A DNA stretch of 63,026 nt from Lachnospiraceae bacterium (GTDB lineage Bacteria > Bacillota > Clostridia > Lachnospirales > Lachnospiraceae), in NCBI GenBank assembly GCA_036310685.1, contig JAXJRI010000213.1:1-63026 (forward strand). Reading direction: 5' to 3'. A program made the position numbers and the translations under genes. Below, piece by piece: positions 1-7,752 of this stretch. Every line of letters begins with the position of its first letter. Positions within the stretch are counted from its first letter, which is position 1. Below the pieces are notes generated by a model. That model was given only the letters and a program-made list of their open reading frames with translations, was not told the DNA's origin and searched no databases.

Positions 1-91
1 CAAAACTCATCATCCCACGTAAGCTTGCTTACAAGTGGCAGGATTGTGGGAGTCGCAAAGCGACGAAGCAATCCGTAGTCAATTTTGGCAC
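1..91. repeat. Composite palindromic intergenic element (REP/REPIN-like), probably truncated by the window edge
   Basis: 1-38 matches the reverse complement of 44902-44951. 56-91 (caaagcgacgaagcaatccgtagtc..ttttggcac) matches 2648-2683. Internal hairpins gtaagc-tt-gcttac and gtcgc-aaa-gcgac. Confidence 0.7.
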
Positions 92-122
92 ACACATCAC
101 ATGATTAGATAAATGATAGATA

Positions 123-156
123 GGCGGCAGTCCTCGCGGATTGCCGCTGTTTTTTT
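123..156 (+). terminator. Rho-independent terminator
   Basis: gcggcagtcc-tcgc-ggattgccgc stem followed by a T run. Confidence 0.8.
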
Positions 157-161
157 ACCTG

Positions 162-196
162 GCATGCAAGTGAAATGCCGGTGGCAGTTCAGCTTG
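162..196. repeat. Palindromic intergenic repeat, family C copy 1
   Basis: gcatgcaagtgaaatgccggtggcagttcagcttg; near-identical to 49370-49404. Confidence 0.75.
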
Positions 197-245
197 GTAC
201 AGAAAAATGCACTTTAACACATTAAACCTTTATAACATCAAACTA

Positions 246-274
246 TTGAAATTTAAGTCTAGATTGGTTATAAT
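246..274 (+). promoter_or_regulatory. Sigma-A promoter for the aroK fusion-aroE genes
   Basis: TTGAAA-17 nt-TATAAT. Confidence 0.75.
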
Positions 275-318
275 AAGCATATTCGCTTGGAGAAGATTCT
301 AGATAAAGGAGTAAATGT

Positions 319-1101
319 ATGGATGAATTAAAGAAGATGCGTGAGCAGCTGGAGATGTGTGACGAGATTATTATTGATACTTTGAAGATGCGTTACCAGA
401 TTGTTCAGGACATCACAGGATATAAACAGAAACATGGTCTTAATATTGTACAGGTACAGGAGGAAGACCGTAAGAAGGCTATCGTGGAGGATAAGATCAG
501 GGAGTACCAGTATAAGAAATCTATCTTTGCAGTTTATGAGAATATCCTGTATCATAGTAAGAAGATTCAGTCTCACGAACTCTTTAACCATAACATTTTC
601 TTAATTGGATTTATGGGTGTTGGGAAGAGTACAATTTCTAAGACACTTCACGATATTTTCGCTATGGATGTTGTCGAGATGGATCAGATTATTGCACAGC
701 GCAATAAGATGAGTATCTCTGAGATTTTTGAGACCTATGGGGAGGAGTATTTCCGTAATGAGGAGACGAACCTCTTAAGAGAGAGCCAGTCAAGGACGAA
801 CCTTATCTTCTCATGCGGCGGAGGTGTTCCGATGCGCGAGGTCAATGTCCAGGAGATGAAGAAGAGCGGAAAGATTATCCTGCTCACAGCAAGTCCAGAG
901 ACTATCTTAGAGAGAGTCAAGGGAAGCCATGACAGACCACTTCTTGAGAATAATAAGAACGTGGAATATATCGCTTCGCTGATGGAGCAGAGACGTCCTA
1001 AGTACGAAGCCGCAGCGGATATCGTAATCCCAACTGACAATAAGACTGAGTTTGAGATCTGTGAGGAGATTATCTCACAGTCAATTAAAGCAGAAGCATA
1101 G
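319..1101 (+). CDS. aroK: Chorismate mutase (AroQ-type)-shikimate kinase fusion
   Basis: N-terminal ~85-aa CM_2-like helical domain (L..MR..LE..D..II..L..R...V..I..YK); C-terminal GFMGVGKST P-loop, GEEYFR..E, CGGG, RPLL; RBS AAGGAG. Confidence 0.88.
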   Translation: MDELKKMREQLEMCDEIIIDTLKMRYQIVQDITGYKQKHGLNIVQVQEEDRKKAIVEDKIREYQYKKSIFAVYENILYHSKKIQSHELFNHNIFLIGFMGVGKSTISKTLHDIFAMDVVEMDQIIAQRNKMSISEIFETYGEEYFRNEETNLLRESQSRTNLIFSCGGGVPMREVNVQEMKKSGKIILLTASPETILERVKGSHDRPLLENNKNVEYIASLMEQRRPKYEAAADIVIPTDNKTEFEICEEIISQSIKAEA

Positions 1102-1115
1102 GAGGAACTATTATT

Positions 1116-1982
1116 ATGGCAGAAATCACAGGACATACAGGATTATTATGTTTACTCGGAAGCCCGGTTGCACATTCCATGTCACCAGCTATGCACAATG
1201 AGGCATGTAAGCAGTTAGGACTTGATTATAGATATCTTGCGTTCGACGTACCAGAAGATAAGATGCCTAAGGCTGTAGAAGGACTTCGTACCTTAGGAGC
1301 CAGAGGATGGAATATCACTTTCCCAGGAAAGAACATCATGTGTAAGCTTGCTGATAAGGTATCACCAGCTTCTGAGATCGCAGGAGCATGCAACACGATT
1401 GTTAACGATAATGGTGTCCTTACCGCTTATACTACAGACGGTATCGGATTTATGAGAGCAGTCAAAGAGAGCGGTGTTAACATTATCGGAGAGACGATGA
1501 CCTTATTTGGAGCCGGTGGAGCAGCATCCGCAATCCTCATTCAGGCTGCCTTAGACGGTGTCAAGAAGATCAATGTCTTTAATGTGAGAGACTCATTCTA
1601 TGCTAGAGCAGAGGAGATTTTAAAGCAGTTAAATGATCGTACCGACTGCGTGGTAACACTCCATGAGTTTGATGATCCAGAAGTGTTAAAAGCTTCCATC
1701 GCAGAGAGCCGCATCTTAGTTAACGGCACCAATGTGGGAATGGCACCTAACGTAGACAGAACTCTGATCACAGATACTTCCGTCTTCCGTCCAGACCTCT
1801 TCGTATTCGATGTCATCTATTCTCCACAGGAGACCAGATTACTTCGCGAGGCAAGAGAGGCGGGATGCCAGACCAGCAACGGTATGTACATGCTCTTATA
1901 TCAGGGAGCAGCATCCTTTGAGCTCTGGACCGGCAAAGAGATGCCAGTTGATATTATCAAGGAGAAATACTTCGATAAATAA
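1116..1982 (+). CDS. aroE: Shikimate/quinate dehydrogenase
   Basis: G.PVAHSMSP.MHN, NIT.PGK, GACNT, TDG.GF, GAGGAA, ML.YQGA motifs. Confidence 0.93.
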   Translation: MAEITGHTGLLCLLGSPVAHSMSPAMHNEACKQLGLDYRYLAFDVPEDKMPKAVEGLRTLGARGWNITFPGKNIMCKLADKVSPASEIAGACNTIVNDNGVLTAYTTDGIGFMRAVKESGVNIIGETMTLFGAGGAASAILIQAALDGVKKINVFNVRDSFYARAEEILKQLNDRTDCVVTLHEFDDPEVLKASIAESRILVNGTNVGMAPNVDRTLITDTSVFRPDLFVFDVIYSPQETRLLREAREAGCQTSNGMYMLLYQGAASFELWTGKEMPVDIIKEKYFDK

Positions 1983-2031
1983 TAATAGAAGCTATCATAG
2001 ATGTAGTTTGGGATTAATTCCCGAATAATAT

Positions 2032-2070
2032 AAAAATCTCAGGCTGGTTCGTTACCAACCTGAGATTTTT
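2032..2070. terminator. Bidirectional intrinsic terminator between convergent genes
   Basis: aaaaatctcagg...cctgagattttt inverted repeat with A run and T run. Confidence 0.85.
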
Positions 2071-2103
2071 ACATTCCAACAATTCAATATTCAATCTAAA
2101 TTA

Positions 2104-2490
2104 CTAGTTCTCATTCTCACCGACAATTCTTGTGACGGCGGCAACAATCTCGTCCTTAGTCCATGTCTTTCTGGCAGCTTCGCTGACGTGAACGATATTG
2201 TTGGAGAATCCAGCCTGATCAGTTCTCTTTACAACACTGTTAGAGAATCCCTTCTTCTCGGGTTTATTATCTTCTCTGGTCAGGATATCATTGGCGAATC
2301 CTGCCTTTGGGTTAACCTTTACCGTATCATTAGCGAAGGCCTGCTTTGGGTCTACTTTTACGATGTTATTAGAAAAAGACTGTTGAGGCTCTACCTTTAC
2401 AGTCGTGTTTGCGAACTCTGTTCTTTCACTGATGACTTTCAGAGTTGCAGCAACGATCTGCTCTACCAGTTTTGGATCTACATTATTCAT
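2104..2490 (-). CDS. 128-aa unknown protein with six F-[AS]-N-x-x-[VL] repeats and terminal amphipathic helices
   Basis: Strong RBS GGAGGAG 10 nt before the ATG at 2490; ends before a bidirectional terminator; coherent internal repeat periodicity. Confidence 0.75.
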   Translation of the reverse strand: MNNVDPKLVEQIVAATLKVISERTEFANTTVKVEPQQSFSNNIVKVDPKQAFANDTVKVNPKAGFANDILTREDNKPEKKGFSNSVVKRTDQAGFSNNIVHVSEAARKTWTKDEIVAAVTRIVGENEN

Positions 2491-2633
2491 GTTCGTAAAC
2501 TCCTCCCTCATTATTCATTACTCTTATTATACTATATTACAGAAAGAATACTTTGTACTTTTCAATCCCCTTCATAGAAAAATTTGTACTGGGAGAATCT
2601 ATCCAGGGTAAAGAAGTACATAAGCTAATGAAA

Positions 2634-2690
2634 TGACTACAGTGTCTCAAAGCGACGGAACAATCCGTAGTCACTTATGACACCAACATC
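2634..2690. repeat. Palindromic intergenic repeat, family B copy 2
   Basis: tgactac...caaagcgacggaacaatccgtagtcacttatgacac; homologous to 56-98; tgactac/gtagtca closing stem. Confidence 0.65.
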
Positions 2691-2857
2691 ATGAAATTCC
2701 TTCTATGGGTGGATTTTTCTACGGAATTCAGTTATTATAATAAGTTAAGGCAGGATTATGCAAACGGTTTTTGCCTGCAGATGCTGCACAATAAGAAAGT
2801 TAAGTCCGTAAGCGGACATTGGATAAGTTAGATCATAATAAGGGAAGGATATTAGAG

Positions 2858-4426
2858 ATGAATCGTAAAAGAATATTCGCTCTGCTTGCCGCAGTGGTTA
2901 TGGGAAGTTCACTGCTTGTGGGATGTGGAGGTGGAAAAAAAGCTAAGCAAGACGACCAGGAGGAAGAACCGGTAGAGCAAGAGGTAGTGGATACCGAAAA
3001 ACACATGAATGTGGCACTCTATTGGTATGGGACCAGTCTTGATCCAGCGACAGAGTATAATGGATGGACGGCCAGCCGTGCCGGTGTCACAGAAACTCTC
3101 ACTAAAGTTGGGAAGAATTATCAGATTGAACCGCTTTTAGCAGACTCCTGGGAGAGAAAAGATGATATGACCTGGGTCTTCCATATCAGAGATGGTCTCG
3201 TCTTCTCAGATGGAACTCCGGTGACAGGAACCGAAGTGAAGGCCGCATTAGATCGAGCAATTGAGATACAGTCAAGAGCCAAAAGTCTGGCAAAGATTGA
3301 GGAGGTTCAAACAGACGGACAGAATGTTACAATAAAGACTTATAAGAAGTTTGGAGCCTTGCTGTCTGCACTCTCAGACCCGGTCTACTCCATCATCAAA
3401 GTGGGTGACGATGAGAATTATCAGAAGAAACCAATCGGGACAGGTCCTTATAAGATTAAAAGTGTAGAGGGCAATACTACCATCAATCTGGAGAAGAATG
3501 ATCTCTATTGGAATGGTATGCCGGCAGTAGATACGATTACGGCCTATTGTATTGAAGATGACAGCACCCGAGAAATTTCTTTGGAAAGCGGAGATGTCGA
3601 TGCGATTCTCTGCCTGGCTCCTACTGATCTTTTGACATTACAGGAGACAGGGAGATACAAGACCTTAAGCGTACCTAATGGAAGAATCCGCACACTGGTT
3701 TTAAATGAGTCCAACCCAGATTTGAAGAAGAGGAAGGTCCGCAGGGCATTGTCCTATGCGATTGATTATCAGCAGTTAGTGGAAAGCTGTGGAGACAGTG
3801 TAACTCGGGCAGGCGCGCCATTTTCTGAGTATGCACCTTATGGATATGATTCCTTGACGAAGCAGACCCACAATGTGGAGGAGGCGAAGAGACTGCTGAA
3901 AGAAGCAGGCTATCGTGATACCGACAAGGACGGATATGTGGATAAGGATGGAAAGAATTTGGATTTTATTATCACTTATTCTTCCAGTGATTACCTTCCT
4001 ATGCTCGAAGATATTCAGAAGTCTGCAAAAGAGTGCGGCATTAAGATAGATTTGAATCTGGTTGATGATGTGGCTGAGGCTGAGGAGAACCGGGGTTACG
4101 ATATTCTCTGCACCAGCTATCAGAGCCTCTATAATGGTGTGCCAGAGCGATATCTTAATAATCTGTATACATCCAACGGAAGCTGGAACAGCTTCAGCTA
4201 TCACAATAAGAAGATAGATCAGCTTGCCGATCAGCTTTCTGTGACTTTCTCGACGAAGAAGAGAGCTAAGATTGTAAAAAAGGCACAGGAGATTCTGTTA
4301 AAAGATACCGCGAGTATCTGGCTGATGGAAGATAAGAATGTGATTGCCACCAACAAAAAGATAAAGAATGTCACAGCATATCCAATTGACCGGTATTTTA
4401 TTGATCAGAAGATTGGTCTTAAGTGA
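2858..4426 (+). CDS. ABC transporter substrate-binding lipoprotein, family 5 (NikA/DppA/OppA-like)
   Basis: Lipobox LLVGC; P.LA.SW, F.IRDG..FSDGTP.T, PIGTGPY, VRRALSYAID motifs; ATG 2858 follows GGAAGGA. Confidence 0.88.
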   Translation: MNRKRIFALLAAVVMGSSLLVGCGGGKKAKQDDQEEEPVEQEVVDTEKHMNVALYWYGTSLDPATEYNGWTASRAGVTETLTKVGKNYQIEPLLADSWERKDDMTWVFHIRDGLVFSDGTPVTGTEVKAALDRAIEIQSRAKSLAKIEEVQTDGQNVTIKTYKKFGALLSALSDPVYSIIKVGDDENYQKKPIGTGPYKIKSVEGNTTINLEKNDLYWNGMPAVDTITAYCIEDDSTREISLESGDVDAILCLAPTDLLTLQETGRYKTLSVPNGRIRTLVLNESNPDLKKRKVRRALSYAIDYQQLVESCGDSVTRAGAPFSEYAPYGYDSLTKQTHNVEEAKRLLKEAGYRDTDKDGYVDKDGKNLDFIITYSSSDYLPMLEDIQKSAKECGIKIDLNLVDDVAEAEENRGYDILCTSYQSLYNGVPERYLNNLYTSNGSWNSFSYHNKKIDQLADQLSVTFSTKKRAKIVKKAQEILLKDTASIWLMEDKNVIATNKKIKNVTAYPIDRYFIDQKIGLK

Positions 4427-4481
4427 AAACGAGAGAGGGTGTGAGTCGGCATAGAGCCGACTGCTAGAAAGATGAGAGATT

Positions 4482-5456
4482 ATGAGAGATCAGTTTGGGC
4501 GAGATATTGATTATCTTAGGATTTCTGTTACAGACCGATGTAATCTTAGATGTATCTACTGTATGCCGGAGGGACAGGTCTCCTTCTTAGAGGAGAAGGA
4601 GAGGCTGTCCTGCCAGGAGATGGTAGAGATTGTGAGAATTTTGGCGGGTCTTGGTGTGAAGCATGTCCGGGTGACGGGCGGGGAGCCCCTCTTGTTTCCA
4701 GACTGTATTCCGCTGATTCGTCAGATTAATAAGATTCCAGAAATTGAAACCGTATCGATCACAACCAATGGTACTTATTTAAAAGAACTTGCAGGGGACC
4801 TCGTGAGTGCGGGGATTGCAGGAGTGAATGTCAGTCTCGATACCCTGGATGCTATCAAGTATCAGAGGATTACTCGGGGAGGAAATGTGAAGGATGTCCT
4901 TGAGGGACTTGAGACAATAATGTCTTATCCAAGGATTACGGTGAAGACGAACACCGTACTGCTTGGACAGGGCTGTGAGAGAGATGTCAGAGACCTTGCA
5001 CGACTGGCGAGAGATCACAGAATCGCAGTACGCTATATCGAGCAGATGCCGATTGGACAGTTACGCAGTGAACGTGGGTTGAGTCAGGCACAGGCTATAG
5101 AGATTTTAGAGAGTGCCTATGGACCTCTCCGAAAGATGGAAGATAGGAGCGCCCAGGGATTTGGCCCAAGTATCTATTACAGGGCAGATCATTTCCTTGG
5201 ATCCATCGGTTTTATCAGTGCCATCAGTCACAAATTCTGTCAATCCTGCAATCGGATAAGGCTGACAGCGGACGGAAGACTCCGCAACTGCCTGCAGTCC
5301 TCCCAGATGATTGATCTTAAAAGATTGCTCAGGCAGGGAGATTCGCTGGAAGAGCTTAGAGAAGTGATAAGAGAGGCAGTCTGGCAGAAACCAAGAGGAC
5401 ATCATTTTGAGACGATGTCGATCAGAGCGGATGGGATGTCGCAGATTGGCGGATGA
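4482..5456 (+). CDS. moaA: GTP 3',8-cyclase
   Basis: [35 protein letters not shown]...CL, C-terminal GG. Confidence 0.95.
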   Translation: MRDQFGRDIDYLRISVTDRCNLRCIYCMPEGQVSFLEEKERLSCQEMVEIVRILAGLGVKHVRVTGGEPLLFPDCIPLIRQINKIPEIETVSITTNGTYLKELAGDLVSAGIAGVNVSLDTLDAIKYQRITRGGNVKDVLEGLETIMSYPRITVKTNTVLLGQGCERDVRDLARLARDHRIAVRYIEQMPIGQLRSERGLSQAQAIEILESAYGPLRKMEDRSAQGFGPSIYYRADHFLGSIGFISAISHKFCQSCNRIRLTADGRLRNCLQSSQMIDLKRLLRQGDSLEELREVIREAVWQKPRGHHFETMSIRADGMSQIGG

Positions 5457-5472
5457 AGGAGGTTATGAGTTT

Positions 5473-6516
5473 ATGAAAGTAGCAGTGATCACATCGAGTG
5501 ATTCTGGTTACGCAAAACAGAGAGAAGATATCAGTGGGCTGACGATTGTGAAGATTGTTCGAGATCACGGAGATCAGGTGGTCTATCAAAATCTCCTGCC
5601 GGATGATGCCGATAAATTGATGGAAGAACTTAAGTCTATCTGTGATCAGGGCCGGGCAGATCTGATTCTCACGACGGGCGGAACCGGTTTCTCAGAGAGA
5701 GACTGTATGCCAGAAGTGACAGAGACGGTTTGTGACCGGATGGCACCGGGAATTGCTGAGGCCATGAGGAGTTACAGTATGACCATCACCAAGCGAGCTA
5801 TGCTCAGCAGGGCGACCGCGGGAATTCGAAATAAGACATTGATTGTCAATCTTCCTGGAAGTCCTAAGGCGGTACGGGAATGCTTAGATGCTGTCTATGA
5901 CACCCTTCCTCACGGAGTGGCAATTCTCACAGGAGCAGATAAGAATTGTGGGGAAGAAGGACATAGACATGGTCATCATCCTGACCACAGCCACAGCAGG
6001 GAAAGCAGTCAGCCAGTAAAGGGGTTCAATCACTTCGATAATCAAGGTAATGCCGTGATGGTTGATGTCACGGATAAGCCTGTGACCGGACGATGCGCAA
6101 TTGCCAGAGGTAAGATCAAGGTATCCAAAGAAGTCATGGAGGCAGTCCTTGTCGGAAACTCTAAGAAAGGGGATGTTCTGGGAGTGGCCAGAATTGCTGG
6201 AATTGAGGCAGTCAAGAGGACTTCAGACCTTATTCCACTCTGCCATCCGCTTATGATTGGAAAATGTTCCGTCGATTTTGAAGTGCATGAGGAGGAGAGG
6301 GAGATCGTCTCAATCTGTACGGTACGGTTAGATGGAAAGACTGGGGTGGAGATGGAAGCCCTGACAGGAGTTTCTGTTTCCCTGCTCACAATCTATGACA
6401 TGTGCAAAGCAATCGACAAGGGTATGGTTCTCTCTGATATTCATCTAGTCAAGAAGACCGGGGGTAAGAGTGGGGACGTGTATCTTGATAATTACGGAAA
6501 TGGACAGAGTTTTTGA
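5473..6516 (+). CDS. moaC: MogA/MoaB-MoaC fusion with His-rich linker
   Basis: N-terminal SD....[24 protein letters not shown] (MogA); C-terminal [35 protein letters not shown] (MoaC); RBS GAAGGAGG. Confidence 0.9.
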   Translation: MKVAVITSSDSGYAKQREDISGLTIVKIVRDHGDQVVYQNLLPDDADKLMEELKSICDQGRADLILTTGGTGFSERDCMPEVTETVCDRMAPGIAEAMRSYSMTITKRAMLSRATAGIRNKTLIVNLPGSPKAVRECLDAVYDTLPHGVAILTGADKNCGEEGHRHGHHPDHSHSRESSQPVKGFNHFDNQGNAVMVDVTDKPVTGRCAIARGKIKVSKEVMEAVLVGNSKKGDVLGVARIAGIEAVKRTSDLIPLCHPLMIGKCSVDFEVHEEEREIVSICTVRLDGKTGVEMEALTGVSVSLLTIYDMCKAIDKGMVLSDIHLVKKTGGKSGDVYLDNYGNGQSF

Positions 6517-6656
6517 ATTGTTATCGTAATGGTTAAGTAAAACTTTTGGAAAGCATAGTTTGAGAGACACTGTTTTGCATTCATCCGTGCTATATTGGGG
6601 TAGTATGATTATGGATCATTATAATCTGCTGCCTATCTACAGGAAGAGAGGGTTCT

Positions 6657-7304
6657 ATGAAAGTATATCTAGTAAGACATGGGGAGACGAAGTGGAATAC
6701 AAAGGGGAAGCTGCAGGGTTGGTCTGACGTCGCCTTAAATGAAGATGGTGTCCGTCAGGCACAGATGACAGCAGAAGGGATGAAAGATATTCCATTTGAT
6801 ATCCTTTTCTCGAGTCCCTTAAAGCGTGCCCTTGTTACCGGCTTGATCATCAAAGAAGATCGGGATATTCCAGTGATAAAGGATGACCGTCTTAGGGAGA
6901 TTAATTTTGGTGTGATGGAAGGACGCTGCTCTAGAAAGTTAAGAGACAATCCAAAGTACACACGTTTCTTTCGGATGGTGTCTGATCCAGCCAGATACCG
7001 TGCCCCTAAGTATGGGGAGAATATGTATCAGGTTGGAGAGCGCATTTATGATTTTTATCAGAAAGAGGTTCTTCCACTCGAGGGAAAATATGAAAATGTC
7101 TTAATTACCGCTCATGGCGGATGCTTACATGGACTGATTCAGATGATTAAGCAACAGGACGTAAGCCATTACTGGGATTCCCCATTCGGCTGCAACTGTT
7201 CTGTCGCAATCATCGAGGTGAAGGACGGTACATCTACCTTCCTGACAGAGAATGATGTCTTCTATGAGACAGACCAGAAGAACTGGAGCTGGGAAGTCTA
7301 CTAA
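6657..7304 (+). CDS. Histidine phosphatase (phosphoglycerate mutase-like) family protein
   Basis: LVRHGET.WN, SSPL.RA, LREI.FG..EG, AHGG. Confidence 0.9.
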   Translation: MKVYLVRHGETKWNTKGKLQGWSDVALNEDGVRQAQMTAEGMKDIPFDILFSSPLKRALVTGLIIKEDRDIPVIKDDRLREINFGVMEGRCSRKLRDNPKYTRFFRMVSDPARYRAPKYGENMYQVGERIYDFYQKEVLPLEGKYENVLITAHGGCLHGLIQMIKQQDVSHYWDSPFGCNCSVAIIEVKDGTSTFLTENDVFYETDQKNWSWEVY

Positions 7305-7343
7305 GAGATAACCCGGAAGAACTGGAGCTGGGAAGTCTACTAA
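7266..7343 (+). repeat. 39-bp tandem duplication of the gene 3' end
   Basis: 7266-7304 vs 7305-7343 with 4 mismatches; last 28 bp identical (gaagaactggagctgggaagtctactaa). Confidence 0.92.
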
Positions 7344-7403
7344 TATTAATCTGTGAATATTGCATAGAAGAGTAAGAAAGATTACTAGATAAGGAGAAAG
7401 ATT

Positions 7404-7583
7404 ATGACATTACCGAATGATCCAATCATGCTGATGAGTTTTGTGAATACGCAGTTGAGAGACCATTATTCCAGCTTGGAAGATCTTGCAGGTGCTTTTG
7501 GAACAACAGGAGAGGCAATCGAAGAGAAGCTCTCCAAGGCAGGCTTCCATTATCAGAAAGAACTTAACCAGTTCCGGGCTTAG
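7404..7583 (+). CDS. 59-aa DUF4250-like protein (absent from the ORF track)
   Basis: RBS AAGGAG; MTLPNDPIMLMSFVNTQLRDHYSSLEDL...IEEKL..AGF.Y..ELNQF. Confidence 0.85.
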   Translation: MTLPNDPIMLMSFVNTQLRDHYSSLEDLAGAFGTTGEAIEEKLSKAGFHYQKELNQFRA

Positions 7584-7590
7584 GATGTTC

Positions 7591-7634
7591 GTTACTTTTC
7601 GTGCAATTAATATAATGCATGAACAGACAGTAAT
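7591..7634. repeat. Palindromic intergenic repeat, family D copy 1
   Basis: gttacttttcgtgca...tgcatgaacag(acag)taa; arms match those of 59535-59611. Confidence 0.55.
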
Positions 7635-7752
7635 GGATTTTCGTTTGCATAATGGAAAATCTGTGATAAGATAGATGCGTTCACAACTAATCAGGTGTAT
7701 AATTGGGCTAACCCGATTAATATGTTAACCTTACATAGAAGGAGACAAATAT

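Noticed and set aside
2188..2611. Plus-strand ORFs of 129 and 68 aa opposite the repeat protein
   Set aside because: No RBS; the minus frame has a strong RBS, a terminator and coherent repeats.
2700..2857. Possible Moco riboswitch ahead of the SBP-moaA genes
   Set aside because: Only a simple hairpin (aggcagga...ttttgcct) is visible; I could not identify the multi-stem motif by eye. An Rfam scan would settle it.
7486..7674. 62-aa ORF in the track
   Set aside because: Wrong frame; it overlaps the RBS-supported 59-aa gene at 7404-7583.
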